A stretch of 64,000 bases of DNA from Octopus sinensis (taxonomy: Eukaryota): positions 14,818,001 through 14,882,000 of the forward strand of contig NC_043024.1 in assembly GCF_006345805.1 (NCBI RefSeq), written 5' to 3'. This document shows positions 48,890 to 61,250 of the stretch, piece after piece. The position numbers and the translations under genes were made by a program. The notes under the pieces are model-generated. The model was given only the letters and a program-made list of their open reading frames with translations. It did not search any database and was not told where the DNA came from. Every line of letters starts with the position of its first letter. The stretch's first letter is position 1.

Positions 48890-49940
48890 TATTGATAAAA
48901 CGGTAAGATAACAAAAGAAAGAAAGAGACCTCAATATTATGTAAATAGAGGAAATTTATCTATACAATAATATGTTACAATTATTCAATAGTCAAGATAA
49001 AACTCTGAGTTTCAGATGCCAAAGTGGAAATCCACAACACCATCTCTTCGGTTATCTGGCTATTTGAAAACGCTATGAAAAAATACCGTTAAATAAAGGG
49101 AAATTACTGTGTTATAACTCTGCTTGCCTGCGTACTTATACATCGCTCGCATTTTTCGTCATAAAAATACATAAAAAATATATAAAAATATATAAAATCT
49201 TCTTGGGACATAACATAGAAAGCATGTTCTATCTGTTTTCTTTAGGGGACCAAAAACGTAACAGAAATTTAGTCACATGTGGGCATGATCCAAAAAGTTC
49301 TGTCCTTGTATTTAGACATGTAGTAGGGTCTAAGCTGCTTTTCCAGATAAGCCATCTCTCCATGTCGCATAGACCGCACCTTCTTACATCTGGCCAAAAT
49401 CTTCCATTGTATGTTATAATCGACACCTTTATCTCTTGAAGACCAAATATGATTAGATAATTGTGTCGCTTTTCTTTTATTCAAGTGCCTAAAGCTCAGT
49501 GTGGTTATTGAACCTGGCCTTGAAATTACCCTCTGTAAGGCCCACGTATTTCTTCGTCGAAACGGTGTCTTTAGTGGTTATAGAGTTTACGGTAGCTTCA
49601 TATATGATGGTCTTGGACATGCAAGCTCCATTTAGCGGGCACAATTCTTTATTCCTGCATGAACAGCTGTTTTCTTGTTGTGTTTTTTGTATGTTATGTT
49701 TGATTATGTTTTTAAAATTGGTAGTTGAACTAAAACTAATTTTTAAATTGTGTCTACTGAAGAGTTTGCTATAAGTATGGTTAACTGGAAAATGTCTATC
49801 TATCAGTGCTAGGAAATATTTACCTATATTGAAGGCCACCTCGGTGTTGTGAGATGGTGTTGTGGATTTCCACTTCGGCATCTGAAACTCAGAGTTTTAT
49901 CTTGACTACCGAGTAAAGTAACATATTATTGTATAGATAT
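48890..49940 (-). mobile_element. Penelope-like element fragment (linker + GIY-YIG endonuclease) with inverted partial terminal repeat
   Basis: NIGKYFLALIDRHFP...CSCRNKELCPLNGACMSKTIIYEATV...YVGLTEGNFKARFNNH / ATQLSNHIW...IQWKIL; 48955-49046 is the reverse complement of 49851-49938. Confidence 0.85.
48995..49057 (-). ncRNA. Type I hammerhead-like motif in the Penelope terminal repeat
   Basis: Stem I AGAUAA/UUAUCU; core CCGAAGA (U4 to C); stem II GAUG/CAUC plus an extra U; GAAA; stem III ACU-cag-AGU; GUU site. Confidence 0.55.
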
Positions 49941-51062
49941 ATATATATATATATAAATGAATTAATAAATAAAACATATGCATATATACATACATCTATG
50001 TACGTACCTACCTCTACATGTATATATACATGCATATATGGGTACAGGACACCCAAAAAACGCCGAACACAATGAGAAACGAAAACATAAACACAAAACC
50101 AAGGAACTGGACATTTTTCTTAAACAACAAAAAAATAGAGTACAGGACAAATAACACAAGGAAAATTCCCCTTCTTCAGTCGCCATGGTTTCATCTACTC
50201 TGTGTTTGGAGAAAGAGTACATATTTTCCATATGGTCTGTTTTTTCTGTTAATAATGTAATAGTCATGTATGATTCTATTTCACCTTATTTTAGGCACCG
50301 GCTTAGACTTACAAAAGAAAAATTTCTCAGGTTTCACAGTTAACCCTTTTGATACCAAGATGCTTGAGACCACCCAAGGTCCTGTGACACAAACTTTACT
50401 GTTTTAAAGTGATCTAAATCAGTGGCCCCCAGAGTAAGCAGTACTGCCACGTTGGAGTGGTGGAAATATCCGGTGGTGGGACATTGAAGAAAAGTGGGAT
50501 TATAATGGGATGGCCAAAATGTGGTGAGAGATGTAAAAAAAATTAGGTATAAGTTTTGTGAAATACACTTGTTTTGAATTTGATGCTGAAAGTGGTTTAT
50601 ATTTGTGATGGGGAGGGTGAGGAGGCGTTAGGGATGTGGCCTGGGTGTCAAGGGAGCAGCAGCCTGAAAATGTTTGGGAACTACTGATCTAAATTAGAAT
50701 TTTAAATCAAAATTGAATGCTACTTGTTCCAAACCCCCGCTTAATAATGAGAAAGTTATTTTACTCATCTCTTCATTATTTTAAAAATTAATTGAAACAA
50801 ATGCTAAAGGTGTCTTCTATAGCCTCGGGCTGACAAAAGCCTTGTGAGTGAATCTGGTAGACAGAAACTAAAAGAAGCCATCTGGTTTGCCAGCCATCAG
50901 TCAAACCGTCCAACCCATGCTAGCATAGAAAGCGGACGTTAAACAATGATGATGATGATGATATAATTATTAATATTAGGGAAGTTATTTCCGAGTCTAC
51001 AGGGAAGAGAAATTCAATTTAGTGGTACTAAAATGAATTTCTCGCTATATTATCATCATATA

Positions 51063-51224
51063 TACAGGAGTGGCTGTGTGGTAAGTAGCTTGCTAACCAA
51101 CCACATGGTTCCGGGTTCAGTCCCACTGCGTGGCATCTTGGGCAAGTGTCTTCTGCTATAGCCCCGGCCGACCAATGCCTTGTGAGTGGATTTGGTAGAT
51201 GGAAACTGAAAGAAGCCTGTCGTA

Positions 51225-51314
<90 letters not shown>

Positions 51315-51500
51315 TTGTCCCCCTAGCATTGCTTGGCAACCGATGCTGGTGTGTTTGCGTCCCCGTCACTTAGCAGTTCGGCAAAAGAGACCGATAGAAT
51401 AAGTACTGGGCTTACAAAGAATAAATCCTGGGGTCGATTTGCTCGACTAAAGGCGGTGCTCCAGCATAGCCGCAGTCAAATGACTGAAACAAGTAAAAGA
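51063..51500 (+). mobile_element. SINE family A
   Basis: Full-length body. Confidence 0.85.
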
Positions 51501-51509
51501 GTATATATA

Positions 51510-51780
51510 TATAGATAGGTTTAAGAGACAGACCCACCATCAAGCAACTCAATCAATATTAAACAACATTATCTATGATAGAGATATATAAGATTAAATC
51601 TTATCAAAATACCGATAAATGTATTGTCATGAAACACACATTGTCTATATAATTTAATATATAATTCAGAATAGAAATTGTAAATATTTATTTTGATAGA
51701 ATTTAATCTTATATATCTCTATCATAGATAATGCTGTTTAATGTTGATTGAGTTGCTTGAAAGTGGTTCTGTCTCTTAAA

Positions 51781-51790
<10 letters not shown>
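51510..51790. mobile_element. Palindromic MITE in a TA tract
   Basis: TAGGTTTAAGAGACAGA... pairs with ...TCTGTCTCTTAAACCTA. Confidence 0.7.
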
Positions 51791-51818
<28 letters not shown>

Positions 51819-52813
51819 AGTGAGGCCATAACCTGTTGTCTCTACCTGGGACGTAGTCAGTCCACTGATGCATACCTTCCTTCTTGGGACACATAACTCT
51901 ACTTGTGAAGACCTGTTGAGGCAAGTGAAAATCAAAATCGAAATCGATCAACATCAATGGAATTTGTAGTTGTGATACCAGTGCCGGTGGCACACAGGAG
52001 AACCATCTGAACATGGCCGTAGCCAGCTCCGCATCGACTGGCCTCCGTGACGGTGGCACGTAAGAAACACCATCTGATCGTGGCCGTTGCCCGCCTCACC
52101 TGGCCTCCTTGCTGGTGGCATATAAAAAGCACCATCCAAGCGTGGCCGTTCGCCAGCCATGTAAAAAGCACCCACTACACTCTTGGAGTGGTTGGCGTTA
52201 TGAAGGGCATCCAGCTGTAGAAACACTGCCAGATCTGACTGGCCTGGTGCAGCCTTCTGGCTTCCCAGACCCCAGTTGAACCGTCCAACCCATGCCAGCA
52301 TGGAAAGCGGACGTTAAATGATGATGATTATATATATATATCCATGTGTGTGTGTCTTTCTGTCAGTATTTGTTCCCCAACATTACTTGACAACTAGTGT
52401 TAGTATGTTTATATACCTGTAACTTAGCTGTTTGGCAAAAAAGCACCGATAGAATAAGTACCAGGCTTAAAAGATAAGAACTGAGACCGAGGGTCTCAAA
52501 ATCTCATTTTTCACACTAATTGCTTAATTGTTACTTTCTTCTAACTGTTCATTTCTCCCATCATGTTCACAAGTCTCTTGACTTATACTAACTTCTCTTC
52601 ACTTGGTGTCCCTCATTTCATTTAGATACTACACTTCCCTTTCCCTTCTCACCCTCCTAACCTCTCCTACTAATGGCATCACCCTGTTAATTCTCTGTAC
52701 AAAAACAAAAATTATTGAAGGTGGTGGCCCAGCATGGCTGCAGTTTAATGACTGAAACAAGTAAAAGATAAAAGATATGTCAATAGAAAAAGGGTAACGA
52801 AAGGGTTAAAAGG

Positions 52814-54463
52814 CTACCCTCTAGTATGAATTTGTTTATGTTTTTTTAAAAGAGTGTTAGTGATAAATGACTTCTCACATATCTCACAATGAAAGGGTCT
52901 TTCTCCCGTATGGATTCTTCTGTGAACGACAAGATGGGAATTAATAGCAAATGATTTCTCACATATCTCACAGTGAAATGGTTTCTCTCCCGTGTGTTTT
53001 TGATTGTGTATCTTCAAGTGACTGTTGGTGACAAAGGATTTCCCACAGACTTCACAGTGTAACAGCTTCTCTCCCGTATGTAACCTTTTGTGAACAGCAA
53101 GGTGAGAATTAACAGAGAAAGATTTACCACAGATTTCACAATCGTAAGGTTTTTCCCCAGTGTGGGTACGTTTGTGGATAATGAGCTTGGATTTTTCAGT
53201 CACAGACTTACCACAGATTTCGCAGTGAAACAAATTTTCCCCACTATGTAACCTTTTGTGCTTTGTTAAGTCACTGTTCACCATAAAGGACTTCTCACAC
53301 ACGTCGCAATGATATGGCTTTTCTCCGGTATGACTACGCACATGAATAACAAGACTCGAATTCACAGAGAATGATTTCCCACAGATCTCACAGTGAAACA
53401 ATTTTTCTCCCGTGTGTACTTGTCTGTGCGTTTTCAGGTGGCTGTTAGTGGTGAAAGCTTTCCCACAGGTTTCACAGCGTAACAGTTCCCCCGTATGTAT
53501 CCTTCTATGTTTGGTCAAATCACTATTTGTGATAAACGACTTCTCGCAAGTTTCACAGCTATAAGGCTTCTCTCCCGTATGGACCCTAATGTGAACTACA
53601 AGACTTGAATTAACAGAGAAACTCTTCCCACAAATTTCACAATGAAACGGTCTCTCACCAGTGTGGACTCTTCTGTGTGTTGTCAAATTACTGTTTTTCA
53701 TAAAAGATTTTCCACAAATCTCACAGTGAAATGCTTTTTCCCCGCTGTGTATAATTCTGTGTCTTGTTAAAATACTATTAGAAACAAAAGATTTTCCACA
53801 GATATCACAATGATAAGGTTTCTCTCCACTGTGACTTCGGTTATGAATAATAAGCTTTGAATTATCAATAAAAGATTTTCCACAGATCTCACAGTGAAAT
53901 AGTTTTTCTCCAGAATGTATAATCTTATGTCTTTTTAAAATACTGTTAGAGACGAAAGACTTACCACAGATATCACAATGAAAGGGCTTTTCTCCAGTAT
54001 GAAAACGATTGTGGACAACAAGTTTTGAATTATTAATGAAAGTTTTGCCACATATTTCACAGTGAAATGGTTTTTCTCCAGAGTGTATCCGTTTATGCAT
54101 TGTTAGAGTACTATTTTTCATAAAGGATTTATCACAAATCTCACAACTATGAAGTTTATCTCCTCTGTGAATACGACTGTGAATAACAAATTTCGAATTA
54201 TTAGAAAAAGATTTCCCACAAATTTCACAGTGAAAGGGTTTTACCGTTTCACTGTGTATTCGTTTGTGTGCAAAGACTTCTCGTTCTGAAGAGAATGTTT
54301 TCCTACAAATCTCACAGTGATAATCAGAAATGCTTCCGTGTAATGTTCTTTGTTTAGCAAATATTTCACTACATAAATATTCCTCACCACTGTCAATCTC
54401 TGTCACTGAATCTGTCTGAAAAACAGCTGAGTTAGAAGCGTTCAAGTGAATAACATCTTCCAT
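52814..54463 (-). CDS. C2H2 zinc-finger protein (ZNF2), 549 aa, 18 fingers
   Basis: Intact ORF with 18 C2H2 motifs; acceptor at 54605-06 upstream. Confidence 0.94.
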   Translation of the reverse strand: MEDVIHLNASNSAVFQTDSVTEIDSGEEYLCSEIFAKQRTLHGSISDYHCEICRKTFSSEREVFAHKRIHSETVKPFHCEICGKSFSNNSKFVIHSRIHRGDKLHSCEICDKSFMKNSTLTMHKRIHSGEKPFHCEICGKTFINNSKLVVHNRFHTGEKPFHCDICGKSFVSNSILKRHKIIHSGEKLFHCEICGKSFIDNSKLIIHNRSHSGEKPYHCDICGKSFVSNSILTRHRIIHSGEKAFHCEICGKSFMKNSNLTTHRRVHTGERPFHCEICGKSFSVNSSLVVHIRVHTGEKPYSCETCEKSFITNSDLTKHRRIHTGELLRCETCGKAFTTNSHLKTHRQVHTGEKLFHCEICGKSFSVNSSLVIHVRSHTGEKPYHCDVCEKSFMVNSDLTKHKRLHSGENLFHCEICGKSVTEKSKLIIHKRTHTGEKPYDCEICGKSFSVNSHLAVHKRLHTGEKLLHCEVCGKSFVTNSHLKIHNQKHTGEKPFHCEICEKSFAINSHLVVHRRIHTGERPFHCEICEKSFITNTLLKKHKQIHTRG

Positions 54464-56849
54464 CTTAATCCACAGGGAATTCTTGAAAGCTGGGATACAT
54501 CTAAATGTGAGATGTTAGGATTTAGTTTCTTGTCTTCGGTATCATGAGGCTGTGCTCATATATAGAGAAAAAAATGCAATGTAGGTATATTTTCTATTTA
54601 CAGCCTGAATGTTTGTTGTTGCCTAGGGAATCTCCAAGTGGCTCGCATTTTAATTTTTATCAATAAAACTTTCCGTTTTATGCTGATAAACGTCAATACA
54701 GTGAATGGAAGCGATGTAGTCAGGCTGGGTTTTAAGCCAATTAGATTTGTTCAAGCCGAGCCCCGTGCACAGGCTCGAAGGTGGTCCTTGTGATGATTTT
54801 TAGGATATAAAGACCCCATCGCTTTTTGGCTGGGACTGGCATACTACACAAAACATAAATCTCCAGTTTTGTAGAGTGGAGGGTCCCACCGACAATTCTT
54901 TAATTGGGCCCCGAACTTCCTAGCGCTGGCCCTGATGTAGGATAACAAATAAGAGAACATTCAAAAATTACTGGTAGCAGAGATTCTGGTGTGATCGACA
55001 TTCTTGTATTTCAGGCAAAGGTACAGACATTATGAGTGTAAAAGCAAAGTTATCACAATGTAAGCTGAATGTCAGAGAAAGATGTGTAGGTGTGCGGGAT
55101 GACGATACAAATACTACAGTCTTTGGGTCAGAAAGCTGCGGGAAAAGTCAAGAAGTATCAAGAAAACTAATCACTCATTAATTGATAATTAAAACTTGTT
55201 TGCCTTCTCTTGTATTGTGGGGGACAACCAATTAAAGATGTAATAAGGCTGTTATGAAATTAAATATTTAATCATCAAGATGATAAAACATCGAACCTGA
55301 AACTTGGAAGTCGCCCTCTCTCATCCACAAACATTAATATTCATTTTGACACGAGATAATTACCAAACGATGCAATTAAATTAATTAATCTGATTCTACT
55401 GATACAAAAAAGCCGGTGTTGTTGATAATTTTCCCCTTGACTTAGTAACACCGGTGCCGTAGTTTAAATGTCCCTATTGTAATTTAATGCATACTAATAA
55501 AACTTCTATTCTATTGTGTCTGGGGAGAGTCGTTTTCTTTTTGGGCCTTATAATTTAACACACACACCGGGAAAATTTCGGATATTTTCGGTTTGAACGG
55601 CAGTTTTTTTTAACAGTGTCACATGAAATTGTCACCCATAATTATGACCCTAGTATTGATCTATTGCATTTCAATTTCTTTTAGGGGTAGGGGAAGGGTA
55701 TCTTTTTTCCTTCACAAATGTAAATAAACCCAATCTGTTTCTTAAACGAGGCACAGAATGTTTTTTTTACCTCAATGGACGTCATTGATTGGTTGAAATT
55801 GCAGAAATTGAAGGGGAAAAAACAACAAATATCTTATAAACCATAGAATTTTCTCAATAAAGCCAAGAGAAAAAGATGTTTTATAAAGACATTCTACCAG
55901 TATACGAAGTTTAAAAGTGTTTAGTTACGTGGAAATTATTTTTAAAAACTGCCGGTCAAACCGAAAAGATCCGAAAAGAGATACCTTTCCCCCTAACCCT
56001 AAAACAGATTGAAATGCAATAGATCGATACTAGGGTCATAATCATGGGTGACAATTTCATATGAAACCACTAGAAATATCTGCCGTTCCAATCGAAAAGA
56101 TCCAAATTATTTTTTGACGAAATAAGTAGAAAAACACGGAGATTATGATTCTAAAAGAATTGTTTGTAAAATTTCAATTTTTCAAAAAAAATAATAATAA
56201 ACTCCCCTCCCACTCCCTATGACAGAAAGGGAAATTTCCCTCAACCCATTTTTTTTTCTTTGCCGGAGGGGAGAAGAATGAAAACGTGTTTTGTGGGGTT
56301 TCAAAATCTTCAATTTTTAAGTATGCCCCAACCGGAAATCTGACAAGCTAGAAACAACAGCCAAACAGAGGATCAACTTTCTAAATACGAATTACCAAAA
56401 AAGAAAAAAATTTTTTTAATGTCATTTTGTTGTGTGTGTGTGTGCAAAAAATCTAATTTTTACATACCTCTCTTAATTTCAAAAGACCCTCAACCACAAA
56501 ATGTTGGATTACGTTCGCCATGAAACATTAATAAAGAAATTTCATTTTGTGTCATAGGGGGGAGGGGAGGGGGTGTTTATTTATTTATTTATTTATTTTG
56601 AAAAATTGAAATTTTACAAATTTTTTCTTTTCTTCAGTATCATAATCTCCGAATTTTTCTACATATTTTGCCCCCCGCCACACACACGCACACACTTTCC
56701 CAATTTTTTTTAAAGGGAAAATTTAAGAAATGGCTAGCAGGGTGGGGGGGGATTTAAAATTTTGAAATGCTTTTTTTTTTCTTGTGTAGATTCGGAATCT
56801 CCTCCATCGATCAAGTGTGTTCCTTTAAAAAAAAAATCTTATTCTTTTG

Positions 56850-57160
56850 TAAGCCCAGTACTTATTCTATCGGTCTCTTTTGCCGAACCGCTAAGTAACG
56901 GGGACTTAAACACACCAGCATCAGTTGTCAAGCAATGCTAGGGGGACAAACACAGACACACAAACACACACACTCATATATATATATATACATATATACG
57001 ATGGGCTTCTTTCAGTTTCCATCTACCAAATCCACTCACAAGGCTTTGGTCGGCCCAAGGCTATAGTAGAAGACACTTGCCCAAGGTGCCACACAGTGGG
57101 ACTGAACCCGGAACCATGTGGTTAGTAAACAAGCTACTTACCACACAGCCACTCCTGCGC
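56850..57160 (-). mobile_element. SINE family A
   Basis: Family body, reverse orientation. Confidence 0.82.
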
Positions 57161-58455
57161 TTAAGAAGTTCGGCAAAAAGAGACCAATAGAATAAGTACT
57201 AGTCTTTAAAAAAAAATAAGTCCTGGGGTTGATTTGTTCAACTAAAACCCTTCGAGGTGGTGCTCCAGCATGGCCACAGTCAAATGACTGAAACCAGTAA
57301 AAGAATAAAAGAAAAGATAAATGATATAATACACAGATTTCAAAAATAAATAGACACCCTACGTGATACCTTTTTGTCGATGTGGGCCCTACCTGGTACT
57401 TTAAACTTATGAATGTATCATGCATAAGTATGTCTACTAAATACTTATTTCTTGACTACCCACATGGGGCTAAACACAGAGGGGACAAACAAGGACAGAC
57501 AAACGGATTTTTTTGTACAACAGGGGTTGCCACCACCCCCTGCCGGAGCCTCGTGGAGCTTTAGATGTTTTTGCTCAATAAACACATACAACACCCGGTC
57601 TGGGAATTGAAACCACAATCCTCCAACCGCGAGTCCACTGCCCTAACCACTGGGCCATTGCACCTCCACTAAATATTAGATTAAGTATTTAAATGCAGAG
57701 AAGACCTGTCAAGCCATGACAGAAGACCTGTCATGGCCATCCATACATACAGGCATGTCTTTTATGGTCCTAATTCCCCCTTCTCGCACCCATGCATAAT
57801 TCTGTCCTCTGGCGAAACCCACCCACAACAGGGCCCCTCCTGTTCCGCTTGCCATCACTTGCTATCTCTAAGTATCTCCACTCTCACTCTTATGGAATAG
57901 CTCGTCCATCCCCTCTGTACTGCTTTTCCTCCCACCGTCAATGTTCTCTGTGGATATGCCCTCTCCCTTTCTCTCTCCCACCTCCTTTCCCTTCCTTGTC
58001 TGTCCAACTGGGTTGCCGAGTATTTCTTCTGTAGTAAGACAGTTATCCCTATCCTTCTTATTCTTTATTGCCACCTGTGCCAGTGGCACATAAAAAGCAC
58101 CATCCGAACGTTGCCAGCGCCGTCTTGGCTGGCTTCCATGCCACTGGCACGTTAAAAGCTCCAACCGATCGTGGCCGATGCCGGACCCCCCTGGCACCTG
58201 TGCAGGTGGCACGTAAAAAGCACCCACTACACTCGCGGATGGTTGGCGTTAGGAAGGACATCCAGCCGTAGAAACTCTGCCAGATCAGACTGGAGCCTGG
58301 AGCAGCCCCTGGCTTCCCAGACCCCGGTCAAACCGTCCAACCCATGCTAGCGTGGAAAACGGACGTTAAACGATGATGATGATGATGATGATGTAGTGTG
58401 ATGGATGAAGAGGACAACAGAAGGAGAAGGAGAAAGAAATACAAACAGGTCTTAC

Positions 58456-58670
58456 CTCGGCGAAGATCAGGGGTCTCTTACAAATTCGACACGTCCTGTC
58501 GCTTCCTCGTCTATGCTCGAATTGCCTGCTTCCTCAATCACCACACGTGCGTCCCGCTTGACCGCTTCCGCTTCCACCCCGCACATGCGCCCTCCAGTCT
58601 TCCACCGGCCCCTGCAAGCCCTACTTCAGCCCACCTCATCTGTCGTCCACTCCATCGACACCACAGCCCA
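58456..58670 (-). promoter_or_regulatory. Candidate promoter/first non-coding exon of ZNF2
   Basis: CpG-rich island; - strand GCGCATGTGCG and GGAAGCGGAAGC; donor GAG/GTAAGA at 58455. Confidence 0.45.
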
Positions 58671-59336
58671 CAAGGGGATAAACATAGAGGGGACAAACAA
58701 GGACAGACAAAGGGATTAAGTCGATTAAATCAACCCCAGTATGTAACTGGTACTTAATTTATCAACCCCCAAAAGGATGAAAGGCAAACTTGATCTTGGC
58801 GGAATTTGAACTCAGAACGTAACGACAGACAAAATACTTATTTCTTTACTACCCACAAGGGGCTAAACACAGAGGGGACAAACAAGGACAGACAAACTGA
58901 TTAAGTCGATTACATCAACCCCAGTATGTAACTGGTACTTAATTTATCGACCCCGAAAGGATGAAAGGCAAAGTCGACCTTAGCGGAATTTGAACTCAGA
59001 ACGTAACGGCAGACAAAATACCACTAAGCATTTCACCCTGCATGCTAACGTTTCTGCCAGCTCACCACCTTCTATCCCTGTCCTTCTCTCATACTCCAAC
59101 CACTCATCTAGCACATGGCTGCTCCTCTCAGCTTAGATGGACTTGTCTAGCAAGCTATTTGGTGACTCTGTGGGTGCTGGTACAATGTAAAAAGCACCCA
59201 TGGTCACCCATAATGATGTCAGTGTGACAGTGGTGGTGACAATCATGTCAGTGTAGACGGATCTGAAGTGGAGAAGCAGGACTTGAGTTCTACTCATTAT
59301 CCAGGAATGGTTAACCATAGAGGAATCCATAAACTT

Positions 59337-59950
59337 ATATTTCGTTTTTGGATTTGGTTTGCAAGATTCTTTATATGAGTTCGTGTGTTAAAGCATATTC
59401 TGTTGTGTTTGGGGAGAGTCATTTTCTTTTTTGCCTTATAATCTAACACTCACCGGAAAAATTTCCACTTTTTTGTTATTTTTATTTTCCTAAAATTTTT
59501 GTTGCGTCTTGCAACCTTTTCAATAGTCTTGACTATTGAAGTGGAAATTTTACCGGTGAGTGTGTTACATTATAAGGCACAGAAAGAAAATGACTCTCCC
59601 GAGACACAACAGAATATGCTTCAACACACAAACTCATATAAAGAATCTTGCAAACCAAATCCCAAAACGAAATATATATATATATATATATAAATAAATA
59701 TACACTGTTGTGCCTGGGGAGAGTCATTTTCTTTTTGTGCCTTATAATGTAACACACTCACCGGTAAAATTTCCACTTTTTTGTTATTTTTATTTTCCTA
59801 AAATTTTTGTTGCGTCTTGCAACCTTTTCAATAGTCTTGACTCTGTCCATTTTAGGAAAATAATAAGAAACAAGTGGAAATTTGACCGGTGAGTGTGTTA
59901 CATTATAAGGCACAAAAAGAGAATGACTCTCCCCGGACACAACAGAATCC
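59337..59950. mobile_element. Two adjacent palindromic MITEs (relatives ~37818-38075, 55510-55580)
   Basis: ATATTTCGTTTT..GGTTTGCAAGATTC arms pair at 59337/59665; second hairpin at 59704-59950. Confidence 0.75.
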
Positions 59951-59996
59951 ATAAGCTGTAATTGTTTTAACCCTAACTCTGTCCTAATCAAGTATA

Positions 59997-60606
59997 CAAG
60001 GGGGGGGGATGCTGAAAAGTTCCTGGCTTTGGGTTCAAGAAAATACAGGAGGATCAGTTCATTAGGATTTTATTTAACATCGCTGACGTGGCTGATGACA
60101 GTACCTATTTCTTTATTACCCACAAGGGGCTAAACATAGAGGGGACAAACAAGGACAGACATAGGTATTAAGTTGATTACATCGACTCAGTGCGTAACTG
60201 GTACTTAATTTATTAACCCCGAAAGGATGAAAGGCAAAGTCAACCTCGCCGGAATTTGAACTCAGAACATAACAACAGGGGAAATACCGCTAAGCATTTC
60301 GCCCGGCGCGCTAACGTTGCATTAGGAAGGGCATCCAGCTGTAGAAACTTTGCCAGATCAGATTGATCCTGGTGCAGCCTCTGGCTCACCAGTCCTCAGT
60401 CAAACCGTCCAACCCATGCCAGCATGGAAAGCAGACATTAAACGATGATGATGATGATGATGATGATGATTTCCCTCTCAGAGTCACACACTTATTGCAG
60501 TGAGCTTTCAGTTTTTCTAAGCCCTGTAAAAGAAATTGGAATGTTGGGCCTCCAGCCTGGCCTTTCGCAATACCCTTAAAGCCAGGAACTTTTCAGCACC
60601 CCTTCA
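59997..60606. mobile_element. Mariner-type MITE with nested SINE C and family D fragment
   Basis: TA-flanked TIRs ..GCTGAAAAGTTCCTGGCTTT / AAAGCCAGGAACTTTTCAGC... Confidence 0.75.
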
Positions 60607-60859
60607 TATCTATAATCAGGGATGTCCCCAAGTATGATCATGTCTATCTTTAATTAAATTTTCAAATCTGTCTTTCCCTTTTTTTAAGACGGTAGGATAT
60701 GATGTAAAAGAGATTTTGCTGCTAAGTCTTGGTAGTCAAGCAGAGTCTCCTATGTTTGCTGTAGAAGATAGATTTTGTTAGTTAGGTGAAACCTAACTAG
60801 TATTAGTTGGTTATCGTTAGGTAGCTAGATATAGACAATAGCACTGGTTTGGTCATGTC

Positions 60860-61250
60860 ATGCAGATGGATGCTGACAGCTCCATAAAGAAGTTCCGGTC
60901 TCTCAAAGTGGATGGTTTCTCTCATAGAAGTGAGAAACCCAGGAAGACTTGGGATGAATTACTGAAAAACGACCTCAGGAAACTGAACTTTTCAGATGAG
61001 ATGGCAAAGGAACTAGGTACCTGGCACCTGGCCCATACCCTGCAGTAGAGGTGTTAAGACTGATTCTGCTGGTGATGTAAAGCACTTGTGGCAGTGCAAC
61101 GTAAAAGCAGCCATACGGTGCCACGTAAAAGCGCCCATGCAGTGCCACATAAAAGCACCAATTGGTTGGCATTCGGAAGGACATGCAGCTGTAGAAACCA
61201 TGCCAAATCAGACTGGAGTTTGGTGCAGCTCCCCAGCTGGTCAAACTGAC
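60860..61250 (+). mobile_element. RTE LINE 3' end (ORF C-terminus + family D tail)
   Basis: KPRKTWDELLKNDLRKLNFSDEMAKELGTW matches the RTE GRPRKTW...W end. Confidence 0.7.
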
